This document shows positions 10,396 through 24,115 of a stretch of 64,000 nt of DNA, in pieces; positions within the stretch are counted from its first letter, which is position 1, and each line of letters begins with the position of its first letter. This DNA is from Escherichia coli. GTDB lineage: Bacteria; Pseudomonadota; Gammaproteobacteria; Enterobacterales; Enterobacteriaceae. The notes beneath the pieces are model-generated. The model saw only the letters and a program-made list of their open reading frames with translations. It ran no database searches and had not been told where the DNA came from. Both the position numbers and the translations under genes were made by a program. The stretch is taken from the NCBI RefSeq assembly GCF_044324875.1, contig NZ_CP172185.1. One strand, given 5' to 3'.

Positions 10396-10673
10396 CGAAA
10401 ACAATCCCGTGGTAGCAAAGCGGGCATTTTAGCTGACCGAAAGAGAAAAGCAAACGTTTGCTACGGCCTCTGCTAAATATTTAAATGAGATAAATGCACT
10501 TTTTTATATAACTTTTGGTATTTTTCTGCTTAAAATCCATGCCATTTGTTCATTAACAGCTGAGAATTTGACCCAGGAAAGCATAACTCGATACCCGTCA
10601 TAGTTCATAAGTTGCCACTGCGCGATGAAGTATGACGAGTATGAAAGAGTGATGCGGATACAAAGGAGTAACT

Positions 10674-11879
10674 ATGTTTCATCTCGATACTTTAGCAACG
10701 CTTGTTGCCGCAACGCTGACGTTGCTGCTCGGGCGTAAGTTGGTCCATTCCGTCTCCTTTTTGAAGAAATACACCATACCGGAACCTGTTGCGGGTGGTT
10801 TGTTGGTGGCGCTGGCGCTACTGGTACTGAAAAAAAGCATGGGCTGGGAAGTCAACTTTGATATGTCCCTGCGCGATCCGTTAATGCTGGCTTTCTTCGC
10901 CACCATTGGCCTGAACGCCAACATTGCCAGTTTGCGTGCCGGTGGGCGTGTGGTTGGCATCTTCTTGATTGTGGTTGTTGGTCTGTTGGTGATGCAAAAT
11001 GCCATTGGCATTGGTATGGCTAGCCTGTTAGGGCTTGATCCGCTGATGGGGCTGTTGGCCGGTTCTATTACGCTTTCCGGCGGTCACGGTACGGGCGCTG
11101 CGTGGAGTAAATTGTTCATTGAACGCTATGGCTTCACCAATGCGACGGAAGTGGCGATGGCCTGTGCGACGTTTGGTCTGGTGCTGGGCGGCTTGATTGG
11201 CGGTCCGGTAGCGCGCTATCTGGTGAAACACTCCACCACGCCGAACGGTATTCCGGATGACCAGGAAGTCCCGACGGCGTTCGAAAAGCCGGATGTGGGC
11301 CGCATGATCACCTCGCTGGTGCTGATTGAAACTATCGCGCTGATTGCTATCTGCCTGACGGTGGGGAAAATTGTTGCGCAACTTTTGGCTGGCACTGCTT
11401 TTGAACTGCCGACCTTCGTCTGTGTACTGTTTGTTGGCGTGATTCTGAGCAACGGTCTGTCAATGATGGGCTTTTACCGCGTCTTTGAGCGTGCGGTATC
11501 CGTGCTGGGTAACGTAAGCCTGTCGTTGTTCCTGGCGATGGCGCTGATGGGGCTGAAACTATGGGAGCTGGCTTCGCTGGCGCTGCCGATGCTGGCGATT
11601 CTGGTGGTACAGACCATCTTCATGGCGTTGTATGCCATCTTCGTTACCTGGCGCATGATGGGCAAAAACTACGATGCGGCGGTGCTGGCTGCGGGTCATT
11701 GTGGTTTTGGCCTCGGTGCAACGCCAACGGCAATCGCCAACATGCAGGCGATCACTGAACGTTTTGGCCCGTCGCACATGGCGTTCCTGGTAGTGCCGAT
11801 GGTCGGTGCGTTCTTTATTGATATCGTTAACGCGCTGGTGATTAAGCTGTATTTAATGTTGCCGATTTTTGCCGGTTAA
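10674..11879 (+). CDS. gltS: sodium/glutamate symporter
   Basis: 401-aa hydrophobic ORF recognised as GltS. Confidence 0.9.
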   Translation: MFHLDTLATLVAATLTLLLGRKLVHSVSFLKKYTIPEPVAGGLLVALALLVLKKSMGWEVNFDMSLRDPLMLAFFATIGLNANIASLRAGGRVVGIFLIVVVGLLVMQNAIGIGMASLLGLDPLMGLLAGSITLSGGHGTGAAWSKLFIERYGFTNATEVAMACATFGLVLGGLIGGPVARYLVKHSTTPNGIPDDQEVPTAFEKPDVGRMITSLVLIETIALIAICLTVGKIVAQLLAGTAFELPTFVCVLFVGVILSNGLSMMGFYRVFERAVSVLGNVSLSLFLAMALMGLKLWELASLALPMLAILVVQTIFMALYAIFVTWRMMGKNYDAAVLAAGHCGFGLGATPTAIANMQAITERFGPSHMAFLVVPMVGAFFIDIVNALVIKLYLMLPIFAG

Positions 11880-11887
11880 CCGATGAA

Positions 11888-11914
11888 GCGGCGGTCTTCT
11901 CACCGCCGCCTTTT
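11888..11914. terminator. hairpin plus T-run between convergent gltS and recG
   Basis: GCGGCGGT-loop-ACCGCCGC stem followed by CTTTT on the plus strand. Confidence 0.5.
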
Positions 11915-13994
11915 ACGCATTCGAGTAACGTTCCGTCTCCGGCATCCAGCGTTCTATCAGGGCTTTTGCTTGTTGTGGGTAACGTTCGTGAATATGTCGC
12001 GCCAGGCGCTGAACTTCCGGGATCATCGCCTGGTCGCGCAGTAAATCCGCCACTTTAAACTCAGCATTACCCGTCTGACGCGTACCTAACAGTTCACCCG
12101 GTCCGCGAATCTCTAAGTCTTTCTGTGCAATCACAAACCCGTCATTGCTGTCGCGCAGCACTTGCAGGCGAATTTGCGCCGTTTTAGAAAGCGGCGTTTT
12201 GTAGAGCAGCACGCAGTGAGAAGCCACCGCACCACGACCTACACGCCCGCGAAGCTGGTGTAACTGCGCCAGACCCAGACGCTCAGGGTTTTCGATAATC
12301 ATCAGACTGGCGTTAGGCACATCAACGCCGACTTCAATAACGGTAGTGGCAACCAGCAGGTGTAACTCGCCTTGTTTAAATGATGCCATGACGGCCTGCT
12401 TCTCGGCTGGTTTCATCCGTCCGTGTACCAGACCAACATTCAACTCTGGTAGCGCCAGTTTCAACTCTTCCCAGGTAGCTTCCGCCGCCTGCGCTTCCAG
12501 TAACTCTGACTCTTCAATCAACGTACAAACCCAGTATGCCTGACGACCTTCAGTTATGCAGGCGTGGCGCACGCGGTCAATAATGTCGGTACGGCGGGTA
12601 TCAGGAATAGCGACCGTAGTCACTGGCGTGCGGCCTGGCGGCAGCTCATCTATCACCGAGGTATCGAGATCAGCATACGCAGTCATTGCCAGCGTTCGGG
12701 GGATCGGCGTGGCGGTCATGATCAACTGATGAGGATGGAAGCCTTGCTGCTGGCCTTTCTCCCATAACGCCAGACGCTGATGCACGCCAAAACGATGCTG
12801 TTCGTCGATAATCACCAGCGCCAGGCCGTTAAACTGCACCTGTTCCTGGAAGATGGCGTGTGTTCCGACAATCATCTGCACCTGACCGCTGGCGATGGCT
12901 TCCTGCTGTGCCAGCCGCGCTTTACCTTTCTGCTTACCGGCGAGCCAGCCCACTTCGATACCGAGCGGTGCAAACCAGTTACGGAAGTTATTGGCGTGCT
13001 GTTCGGCGAGTAATTCGGTTGGTGCCATCAATGCCACCTGTTTGCCGTGGGCAATCGCACGCAGCGCGGCGATGGCAGCGACCAGCGTTTTACCGGAACC
13101 TACATCGCCCTGTACCAGGCGCATCATCGGCGCATCCAGCGCCATATCGCGCTCGATCTCCGCCACCACGCGTGCCTGTGCGCCCGTTGGCTTGAACGGT
13201 AAGGCTGCGAGGAGTTTATTTTTCAGCGCGTCATTGGCGCTCAGCGGCTGGGCATGGAAACGTTGTGCACCAGCGCGTAACGCCAACATGCTGAGGTTGT
13301 GCGCAAGCAGTTCTTCCAGAATCAGCCGGCGTTGTGCCGGATGCTGCCCGGTTTCCAGATCGCTAAGCTGTAGCGTCGGTGGCGGGCGGTGCAAAGTGCG
13401 CAACGCTTCCGGTAGCGTCATCATTCCTTGTGACAGTTCCGGCGGCAGGAGTTCTTCAATGGCGCAGGTGTCGAGCAGATCCAGCGCCTGGTCGGTTAAT
13501 TTACGCAGCGTGGCCTGCTTTACGCCTTCCGTTGTTGGGTAAACCGGCGTTAGCGTTTCCTGCAACTCTGGCGTACTGAGATCGCCCTGCACGCGGTATT
13601 CCGGGTGGATCATCTCCGCGCCATATTTACCGCGCTTTGCTTCTCCATAGGCCAGCACGCGGCGGCCCGTCGTCAGGCTATTTTTCATTGCCGCGTTGAA
13701 GTTGAAAAAGCGCATGGTGAGAATGCCGGAACCGTCGCTGATCTGGCAGGTCATCATCCGCCGACCGCCGAAGGAGATATTGCAGTTCAGTACTTCGCCT
13801 TCTACCGTGGCATAAACGCCCGGTAGTAGTTCTCCGATGGGGTAGAGATGGGTGCGATCTTCGTAGCGCAGGGGAAGGTGTAAGAGTAGATCCTGCACGG
13901 TATGCAGGTTGATTTTCGCCAGCTTGTTACTAAGCGCTGCACCAACGCCCGTTAGGGAACTGAGCGGGACAGCATCTAACAGGCGACCTTTCAT
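11913..13994 (-). CDS. recG: ATP-dependent DNA helicase RecG
   Basis: ORF track 11913-14027; start at internal ATG (MKGRLLDAVPLSS) 5 nt downstream of the trmH stop; helicase motifs GDVGSGKT, DEQHRFG. Confidence 0.9.
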   Translation of the reverse strand: MKGRLLDAVPLSSLTGVGAALSNKLAKINLHTVQDLLLHLPLRYEDRTHLYPIGELLPGVYATVEGEVLNCNISFGGRRMMTCQISDGSGILTMRFFNFNAAMKNSLTTGRRVLAYGEAKRGKYGAEMIHPEYRVQGDLSTPELQETLTPVYPTTEGVKQATLRKLTDQALDLLDTCAIEELLPPELSQGMMTLPEALRTLHRPPPTLQLSDLETGQHPAQRRLILEELLAHNLSMLALRAGAQRFHAQPLSANDALKNKLLAALPFKPTGAQARVVAEIERDMALDAPMMRLVQGDVGSGKTLVAAIAALRAIAHGKQVALMAPTELLAEQHANNFRNWFAPLGIEVGWLAGKQKGKARLAQQEAIASGQVQMIVGTHAIFQEQVQFNGLALVIIDEQHRFGVHQRLALWEKGQQQGFHPHQLIMTATPIPRTLAMTAYADLDTSVIDELPPGRTPVTTVAIPDTRRTDIIDRVRHACITEGRQAYWVCTLIEESELLEAQAAEATWEELKLALPELNVGLVHGRMKPAEKQAVMASFKQGELHLLVATTVIEVGVDVPNASLMIIENPERLGLAQLHQLRGRVGRGAVASHCVLLYKTPLSKTAQIRLQVLRDSNDGFVIAQKDLEIRGPGELLGTRQTGNAEFKVADLLRDQAMIPEVQRLARHIHERYPQQAKALIERWMPETERYSNA

Positions 13995-13999
13995 GGTAC

Positions 14000-14689
14000 T
14001 TACCCTGCAGCTTGCATAGTGGCCCACCAGTCGGCATCGGCTTCAATTTCGCCCTGCTGATTGACGTGGGGGTAAGGCAGGCCTTTGCGTTTTGCGACTT
14101 TCGCCAGCACCGGATAGCCGCCTTCAAACAGCAGGCGTTGTTGCTCTGCTTCCGGCAACATGCTGTTTTCACGCAGGTACATGCCCGCATTTTGCCGCTG
14201 GCGCTGGGCTTCGTAAAGAATGAGGGCTGAGGCAACGGAAACATTCAGCGATTGCACCATGCCAATCATCGGAATGATGATGTCCCGATCCGCCAGGGCC
14301 AACGCTTCCTGCGTGATGCCTGTTTTCTCCTGTCCCATCAAAATACAGGTCGGGCGAGTGTAATCAATTTCGCGGAAATCGACAGCGTTATCAGAAAGAT
14401 GGGTTGCCAGAATCTGCATGCCCTGGCCTTTCAGATGAGCGACGGCATCGCCAATGGTGCGGTGCGTTTTCACCTGTACCCAGCTGTTACTACCCGCAGC
14501 TGCCGAAGCCATGGTGCGCATCCGGCTACCAGGCCAGACAGCATGAACTTCATGTACACCAACGGCATCTGCGGTACGAATAATCGCAGAAACGTTATGA
14601 GGTTTGTGGACCTGCTCCATGCAGACGGTCAGATCAGGCTGCCGCCTGGCGAGCATTTCGCAGATACGTGCATAACGTGTTGGGTTCAT
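14000..14689 (-). CDS. trmH: tRNA (Gm18) 2'-O-methyltransferase
   Basis: 229-aa SpoU-family ORF between spoT and recG. Confidence 0.85.
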   Translation of the reverse strand: MNPTRYARICEMLARRQPDLTVCMEQVHKPHNVSAIIRTADAVGVHEVHAVWPGSRMRTMASAAAGSNSWVQVKTHRTIGDAVAHLKGQGMQILATHLSDNAVDFREIDYTRPTCILMGQEKTGITQEALALADRDIIIPMIGMVQSLNVSVASALILYEAQRQRQNAGMYLRENSMLPEAEQQRLLFEGGYPVLAKVAKRKGLPYPHVNQQGEIEADADWWATMQAAG

Positions 14690-14695
14690 AAAACA

Positions 14696-16804
14696 TTAAT
14701 TTCGGTTTCGGGTGACTTTAATCACGTCTGGCATCACGCGGATTTTGCGCATGATATTCGCCAGATGCACACGGTCACGGGCGGTCAGACGAATAAAGGC
14801 GCTGTAGACGCGACCATCTTTCTCTTCCGTATTCAAACTTTGAATATTCGAGGTGGTGGTGTTAATTGCCGCTGTCAGGTTTGCCAGCGCGCCCTGATGA
14901 TTGAACATCTCCACCTTGATTTCGGTGATGAACTCCTGCGCCGTCTCTTTATCCCATTCCACAGCCATAAACTTCTCTGGCTCTTTCTGGTAGCCACGGA
15001 TGTTACGGCAGGATTCATGGTGGATCACCAGACCTTTACCGGGGCTGACGTGGGCGATAATCGGGTCGCCAGGAATAGGGCGGCAGCATTTCGCAAAGGT
15101 GATCAACACGCCATCGGCACCTTTAATGGGCAGATGTCCGTGACTTTGGGTTGCCGGTGGAATGGAGGCGTCCCCATGTTGCAGATTTTTCGCGACCACC
15201 ACGCTCATTGCGTTACCAAGGCCGATTTCAGCCAGCAGATCGTCAAGCGTTGCCAGCTTCATGCGGTCCAGCTCGCGCTGAATATTTTCCTGCGGGATTT
15301 CATTGAGCTTGCGGCTGCCACCCAACGCATGGTTGAGCAGACGACGGCCCAGGCTTACAGAATCATCACGCTTGAGGTTTTTCAGCAATTGACGAATTTT
15401 GGCGCGCGCTTTCGAGCTAACGACAAAGTTCAGCCACGCGGCATTCGGGCGAGCGCCAGGTGCGGTAATAATTTCAACGGTTTGACCGCTGGTAAGCGGC
15501 TGCGACAGCGGGTAAGGCTGGCGGTCGACGCGTGCGCCCACGCAGGCATGACCGATATCGGTATGCACCGCATAAGCGAAGTCGACGGGCGTTGCACCGG
15601 CAGGCAGCTCTACAATGCGCCCTTCCGGTGTGAAAACGTAAATTTCATCCGGGAAGAGATCGGATTTAACGCTCTCGATAAATTCAAACGAGCTACCGGC
15701 ACTCTGTTGCAGCTCCAGCAGGCTTTGCATCCAGCGCTGGGCGCGGATTTGTGCGGTGGTACTGGTTTCGCCGTGCTCTTTATAAGCCCAGTGCGCGGCA
15801 ACACCCATCTCTGCCATCTGATCCATATCTTCGGTACGGATCTGGACCTCAACCGGCACGCCGTGCGGGCCAATCATCGAGGTGTGCAACGACTGATAGC
15901 CGTTTGCTTTGGGAATGGCGATGTAGTCTTTCACACGACCCGGACGCGGCTTGTACAGGCTATGCATTTGCCCGAGCACGCGATAACAGGTGTCGGAATC
16001 ATTGACGATCACGCGGAAGGCGTAGATGTCCATAATCGAGTGAAAACGCTGCTCTTTGAGCACCATTTTGCAGTAAATCGAATAAAGATGCTTCTCGCGA
16101 CCACTGACGCGGCACGGTATTCCCGCTTCCTGCAAACGCCCTTCGATTTCAGAGAGGATTTTTTGGATCATCTCTTTACGGTTGCCGCGCGCGGCTTTCA
16201 CCACTTCTTTGATTACGCGGTAACGGTTGGGATACAGCGCCTCAAAACCCAGCTCTTCGAGTTCGGTTTTAATGTGGTGGATACCTAAACGGTGCGCCAG
16301 CGGGCTGTAAATTTCGAGTGTTTCACGGGCGATGCGGCGACGTTTGTCCGGGCGAAGTGAGCCCAGCGTGCGCATGTTGTGGGTACGGTCGGCAAGTTTG
16401 ATGAGAATGACGCGGATATCCTGCACCATCGCCATAATCATCTTGCGAAAGTTTTCGGCCTGCGCCTCTTTCTTATCGCGGAACTTGAGCTTATCAAGTT
16501 TCGACACCCCCTCTACCAGCTCGGCGACGCTTTTACCAAAAAGCTGTTCCATGTCCTGGTAGGTGGCGGGAGTATCTTCAATCACGTCATGCAGCAGCGC
16601 CGCCATAAGCGTTTCATAGTCGAGTTTCATCTCGGCCAGAATGCAGGCAACCGCCACCGGGTGCGTGATATAGGGTTCACCGCTTGAACGTGTTTGCCCC
16701 TCGTGAGCATCACGTGCAACGAGATACGCCTGCCGCAGACGCTTGATTTGGTCTTCCGGCAGGTAGGTTTGAATCAGTTGATTCAGGCTTTCAAACAGAT
16801 ACAA
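14696..16804 (-). CDS. spoT: bifunctional (p)ppGpp synthetase/hydrolase SpoT
   Basis: 702-aa ORF with HD-domain motif and RelA/SpoT architecture. Confidence 0.9.
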   Translation of the reverse strand: MYLFESLNQLIQTYLPEDQIKRLRQAYLVARDAHEGQTRSSGEPYITHPVAVACILAEMKLDYETLMAALLHDVIEDTPATYQDMEQLFGKSVAELVEGVSKLDKLKFRDKKEAQAENFRKMIMAMVQDIRVILIKLADRTHNMRTLGSLRPDKRRRIARETLEIYSPLAHRLGIHHIKTELEELGFEALYPNRYRVIKEVVKAARGNRKEMIQKILSEIEGRLQEAGIPCRVSGREKHLYSIYCKMVLKEQRFHSIMDIYAFRVIVNDSDTCYRVLGQMHSLYKPRPGRVKDYIAIPKANGYQSLHTSMIGPHGVPVEVQIRTEDMDQMAEMGVAAHWAYKEHGETSTTAQIRAQRWMQSLLELQQSAGSSFEFIESVKSDLFPDEIYVFTPEGRIVELPAGATPVDFAYAVHTDIGHACVGARVDRQPYPLSQPLTSGQTVEIITAPGARPNAAWLNFVVSSKARAKIRQLLKNLKRDDSVSLGRRLLNHALGGSRKLNEIPQENIQRELDRMKLATLDDLLAEIGLGNAMSVVVAKNLQHGDASIPPATQSHGHLPIKGADGVLITFAKCCRPIPGDPIIAHVSPGKGLVIHHESCRNIRGYQKEPEKFMAVEWDKETAQEFITEIKVEMFNHQGALANLTAAINTTTSNIQSLNTEEKDGRVYSAFIRLTARDRVHLANIMRKIRVMPDVIKVTRNRN

Positions 16805-16822
16805 GGGCGACCCGCTTTGTGA

Positions 16823-17098
16823 TTAACGACGACCTTCAGCAATAGCGGTAACGGCTTGTAATTCAGCGGCTTCCTGCTCTTGCTGTTCCTGGCGTTCACG
16901 AACGTCGAGGATCTGGTTGTTGATCAGACCTTCTTCGATTTCGCGCAGCGCGATTACAGTGGTTTTATCGTTTTCTTCCGGTACCAGCGGATCCTTTCCG
17001 CCTACCTGCATCTGACGAGCGCGACGCGCGGCGACCAGTACCAGGTCAAAACGGTTACCAATTTTCTCTACAGCGTCCTGAACAGTTACGCGTGCCAT
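16823..17098 (-). CDS. rpoZ: RNA polymerase omega subunit
   Basis: 91-aa [32 protein letters not shown]. Confidence 0.9.
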
Positions 17099-17152
17099 AC
17101 TTAAAAAGCTCCACAGGTGAAGAAATGACTGGGCATGATACTGAAATCAGGT

Positions 17153-17940
<788 letters not shown>

Positions 17941-17941
17941 C

Positions 17942-20330
<2,389 letters not shown>

Positions 20331-20620
20331 GGTTCTCTCCCTAAAAATCTGTCTGGCAGGGTAGCGATTTGTGCGTATTGTCACGATTGAGATTTTTTAA
20401 GGTGAGAGGAAATTGATAACTTGTAGTTATGTGAAATCGCTATTTTCTGTAGCGTAGATGCATTCTTCTGACTTCTTGTCTGAGAAAATGCATAAGAAAA
20501 AATAGGTTAAAATTGAGGGGTGGAAAAGAAAGGTGCAATGTTTAGCCATTGTGTTCACCGCACCTGGACTTTGGCTTACGCATCGGGTATCTCAATCAAC
20601 AAAAGAGTTTTTAGTTTCTG

Positions 20621-21445
20621 CTATTTCTTCTCTGTAATTTTTACACTGTTTTCCAACTGCTTGATGCTGACCTGCGGGGTCGGCAACTCCTCAGGCATGG
20701 TTCCGCCAAGTTCCTGAATGGTTTGCCTCACCTTGCTACCCACGTCAAAGTGTGTGGTATTAGCTTGCTGTTTTGAATTCACGCCATCCCGCTTGAGTTT
20801 TTCTTCTGTTTGGGTAGCTCGAAAGAGATTAGCCGCCAGTTCTGTTGAACCCATATGATCCAGGATCTTCTGACTCTTTTTCAGCCCCTTCCGCTGATGG
20901 ATGGCTTTCTGATCTAATCCACCATACAGCCCCCGGTAACCATGATTCTGAAATATGGCGAAATCGATAGCTGTCGCTACCCCAGCTTGCTGCGCTGCCT
21001 CAACTAATTGTTTGTTATGTTCTTTCAACTCATTTCTCAGAAAAAGACGCTTTTCGTCTTCACGAAGTTGCCTGAAAGCTTCATCGTCAGCCAGCTCCTG
21101 TCGTCGGGTCTGGATAGCAAAATAAGTTTGCCCTGCCGCAATAACCGGTTTCGCAGGGTCGCCGTTTTGTACTACCAGGTAACAGGCATAGCGGGAGAGT
21201 ACGATGTCTTTTAATGCTCTTTTGGCATTTGAGCCAATTTTGACCATATCGAGGATCTCCTCGAAATGGTCATCAATTGTGTGACCACTATTCAGACAAG
21301 CTTCTTTGGCGCGCGTTAATACAGGTATAAAGTGACGATACTCTGAATAACCCAGTAGTTTCCCAAGTTGTCTTGCTGACCATTGTTCTGCTCCGTTTGC
21401 ATTAATCAGCTTTATCTCTTCAAAAGGTTGATGATGTTCGTTCAT
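20621..21445 (-). CDS. dinD: DNA damage-inducible protein D
   Basis: ORF track 20621-21457; start at MNEHHQPFEEIK; LexA box found 46 nt upstream. Confidence 0.8.
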   Translation of the reverse strand: MNEHHQPFEEIKLINANGAEQWSARQLGKLLGYSEYRHFIPVLTRAKEACLNSGHTIDDHFEEILDMVKIGSNAKRALKDIVLSRYACYLVVQNGDPAKPVIAAGQTYFAIQTRRQELADDEAFRQLREDEKRLFLRNELKEHNKQLVEAAQQAGVATAIDFAIFQNHGYRGLYGGLDQKAIHQRKGLKKSQKILDHMGSTELAANLFRATQTEEKLKRDGVNSKQQANTTHFDVGSKVRQTIQELGGTMPEELPTPQVSIKQLENSVKITEKK

Positions 21446-21490
21446 TGCCCACTCCATGTGATATCGATTGCAAGGAAAGTAAGTCTACAA

Positions 21491-21506
21491 CTGTGTTTAT
21501 ATACAG
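21491..21506. promoter_or_regulatory. LexA (SOS) box upstream of dinD
   Basis: CTGTGTTTATATACAG matches CTGT-N8-ACAG consensus, 46-61 nt upstream of dinD start. Confidence 0.6.
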
Positions 21507-21665
21507 TTGTGAGTATCTCACGTTCTCACTGCGCTGGGCAAAAAAACATCGCAAAATCTGGAGCAGGCACGCAAAACAGAATTGAATGTTGCGGGGAAGA
21601 AAAATGCCGCTCTGTTTTAGTGGCGGCATTTGTGAAGGCGGAAAAGTAAGAATTGGCGTTACGAG

Positions 21666-22529
21666 TTACTCGATATTCTGGATCTGCTCGCGCATCTGCT
21701 CAATCAACACTTTCAGCTCAATCGCGGAGTTTGTCACTTCGGCATTGATAGACTTCGACGCAAGAGTGTTCGACTCGCGGTTGAATTCCTGCATCATAAA
21801 GTCCAGACGACGACCAACGGCTTCTTTTTTCTTCAGAATGTTGTAGGTCTCTTTGACATGCGCTTCTAGGCGGTCCAGTTCTTCGGCAACGTCAATTCGT
21901 TGTGCCAGCAGAACCAACTCCTGCTCCAGACGGTTGTTTTCCAACTGAACCTGAGCATCTTCCAGCTTCGCGACCAGACGCTCACGCTGCCATTGCAGGA
22001 TTTCCGGCATATGGGCGCGGACTTTGACCACTTCGGCGGTGACGCCTTCCAGACGCTGCTCGATCAATGCTTTCAGCGCCTGACCTTCGGTTTCGCGCGC
22101 GACGATAAAGTCGTCCAGCGTACCATCCAACGCCGCGAGAATTTCAGCGGCAATCGCGTCGAGATCCTGCTCCTGGGCTGCCATCACGCCCGGCCAGCGT
22201 AGAATATCAACCGGGTTGATTTCCCCTTCGTCACTCTGCATTTTTACCCAGTTCGCGGCAGTTACCAGCTGTTTAGCCAGTTTTTCGTTGAGGATCAGCT
22301 CACCTTGTGCGCTAACATCTGGTTCATAGCGCAGGGTACATTCCACTTTACCGCGCGTCAGGCGAGAACGAATACGCTCGCGAACGACAGGTTCAAGGCT
22401 ACGGAACTGCTCCGGCAGACGAAAGTAAGTTTCCAGATAACGCTGGTTTACCGAGCGCATTTCCCAGGTTGCGCTCCCCCATTCACCCTTGATTTCACGC
22501 CGGGCGTAGGCGGTCATACTGCGGATCAT
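21666..22529 (-). CDS. yicC: YicC-family stress-induced protein
   Basis: 287-aa ORF recognised as YicC. Confidence 0.85.
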   Translation of the reverse strand: MIRSMTAYARREIKGEWGSATWEMRSVNQRYLETYFRLPEQFRSLEPVVRERIRSRLTRGKVECTLRYEPDVSAQGELILNEKLAKQLVTAANWVKMQSDEGEINPVDILRWPGVMAAQEQDLDAIAAEILAALDGTLDDFIVARETEGQALKALIEQRLEGVTAEVVKVRAHMPEILQWQRERLVAKLEDAQVQLENNRLEQELVLLAQRIDVAEELDRLEAHVKETYNILKKKEAVGRRLDFMMQEFNRESNTLASKSINAEVTNSAIELKVLIEQMREQIQNIE

Positions 22530-22655
22530 AGACGTTCCTGTTTATAAAAGGAGAGGTGGAAGGATTATAGCCATCGATGCCTTGTCAGGATAGGAATAAC
22601 CGCCGGAAGTCCGTATAATGCGCAGCCACATTTGTTTCAAGCCGGAGATTTCAAT

Positions 22656-23372
22656 ATGCGTCCAGCAGGCCGTAGCAATAATCAGGTGCGTCCCGTTACC
22701 CTGACTCGTAACTATACAAAACATGCAGAAGGCTCGGTGCTGGTCGAATTTGGCGATACCAAAGTATTGTGTACCGCCTCTATTGAAGAAGGCGTGCCGC
22801 GCTTCCTGAAAGGTCTGGGCCAGGGCTGGATCACCGCAGAGTACGGCATGCTGCCACGTTCTACCCACACCCGTAACGCGCGTGAAGCGGCGAAAGGTAA
22901 GCAGGGTGGACGCACCATGGAAATCCAGCGTCTGATCGCCCGTGCTCTTCGTGCGGCAGTAGATTTGAAAGCGCTGGGTGAGTTCACTATTACGCTGGAC
23001 TGCGACGTGCTTCAGGCTGATGGTGGCACGCGTACCGCTTCGATTACGGGTGCCTGCGTGGCGCTGGCAGATGCGCTACAGAAGCTGGTGGAAAACGGCA
23101 AGCTGAAAACCAACCCGATGAAAGGGATGGTAGCCGCAGTTTCTGTCGGGATTGTGAACGGCGAAGCGGTTTGCGATCTGGAATACGTTGAAGACTCTGC
23201 CGCTGAAACGGACATGAACGTGGTGATGACTGAAGACGGGCGCATCATTGAAGTGCAGGGGACGGCAGAAGGCGAGCCGTTCACCCATGAAGAGCTTCTC
23301 ACCTTGTTGGCGCTGGCCCGAGGGGGAATCGAATCCATTGTAGCGACGCAGAAGGCGGCGCTGGCAAACTGA
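22656..23372 (+). CDS. rph: ribonuclease PH (intact)
   Basis: ORF track 22632-23372; start at ATG 22656 ([14 protein letters not shown]) giving 238 aa with complete C-terminus. Confidence 0.85.
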   Translation: MRPAGRSNNQVRPVTLTRNYTKHAEGSVLVEFGDTKVLCTASIEEGVPRFLKGLGQGWITAEYGMLPRSTHTRNAREAAKGKQGGRTMEIQRLIARALRAAVDLKALGEFTITLDCDVLQADGGTRTASITGACVALADALQKLVENGKLKTNPMKGMVAAVSVGIVNGEAVCDLEYVEDSAAETDMNVVMTEDGRIIEVQGTAEGEPFTHEELLTLLALARGGIESIVATQKAALAN

Positions 23373-23377
23373 TTTTT

Positions 23378-23406
23378 AAGGCGACTGATGAGTCGCCTTT
23401 TTTTTG
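23378..23406 (+). terminator. rph-pyrE intercistronic attenuator/terminator hairpin
   Basis: AAGGCGACT-GATG-AGTCGCCTT stem-loop followed by run of 8 T, just after rph stop and 32 nt before pyrE ATG. Confidence 0.65.
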
Positions 23407-23437
23407 TCTGTAGAAAAGTAAGATGAGGAGCGAAGGC

Positions 23438-24079
23438 ATGAAACCATATCAGCGCCAGTTTATTGAATTTGCGCTTAGCAAGCAGGTGTTAAAGTTTGGC
23501 GAGTTTACGCTGAAATCCGGGCGCAAAAGCCCCTATTTCTTCAACGCCGGGCTGTTTAATACCGGGCGCGATCTGGCACTGTTAGGCCGTTTTTACGCTG
23601 AAGCATTGGTGGATTCCGGCATTGAGTTCGATCTGCTGTTTGGCCCTGCTTACAAAGGGATCCCGATTGCGACCACTACCGCCGTGGCGCTGGCGGAGCA
23701 TCATGACCTTGACCTGCCGTACTGCTTTAACCGCAAAGAGGCAAAATACCACGGTGAAGGCGGCAATCTGGTTGGTAGCGCGTTACAAGGACGCGTAATG
23801 CTGGTAGATGATGTGATCACCGCCGGAACGGCGATCCGCGAGTCGATGGAAATTATTCAGGCCAATGGCGCGACGCTTGCTGGCGTATTGATTTCGCTCG
23901 ATCGTCAGGAACGGGGGCGCGGCGAGATTTCGGCAATTCAGGAAGTTGAGCGTGATTACAACTGCAAAGTGATCTCTATCATCACCCTGAAAGACCTGAT
24001 TGCTTACCTGGAAGAGAAGCCGGAAATGGCGAAACATCTGGCGGCGGTTAAGGCCTATCGCGAAGAGTTCGGCGTTTAA
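23438..24079 (+). CDS. pyrE: orotate phosphoribosyltransferase
   Basis: ORF track 23423-24079; start at [11 protein letters not shown] giving 213 aa. Confidence 0.9.
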   Translation: MKPYQRQFIEFALSKQVLKFGEFTLKSGRKSPYFFNAGLFNTGRDLALLGRFYAEALVDSGIEFDLLFGPAYKGIPIATTTAVALAEHHDLDLPYCFNRKEAKYHGEGGNLVGSALQGRVMLVDDVITAGTAIRESMEIIQANGATLAGVLISLDRQERGRGEISAIQEVERDYNCKVISIITLKDLIAYLEEKPEMAKHLAAVKAYREEFGV

Positions 24080-24086
24080 AGAAACT

Positions 24087-24110
24087 CGCCGGATGAAAAG
24101 TCATCCGGCG
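24087..24110. terminator. palindromic hairpin between convergent pyrE and slmA (REP-like, bidirectional terminator candidate)
   Basis: CGCCGGATGA-AAAG-TCATCCGGCG perfect 10-bp stem. Confidence 0.45.
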
Positions 24111-24115
24111 TCATA

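Noticed and set aside
12895-13542. 215-aa and neighbouring plus-strand ORFs inside recG
   Set aside because: Antisense to recG; low-complexity Ala/Ser/Arg-rich translations typical of spurious frames
14252-16288. 678-aa ORF on the plus strand
   Set aside because: Lies entirely antisense to spoT, whose product is a clearly recognisable conserved protein; a long open antisense frame in a GC-rich gene with no independent signals is an artefact
20385-20717. 65-aa ORF 20520-20717 in the yicG-dinD intergenic region
   Set aside because: Overlaps the 3' end of dinD on the opposite strand; hydrophobic low-complexity translation with no RBS; treated as noise
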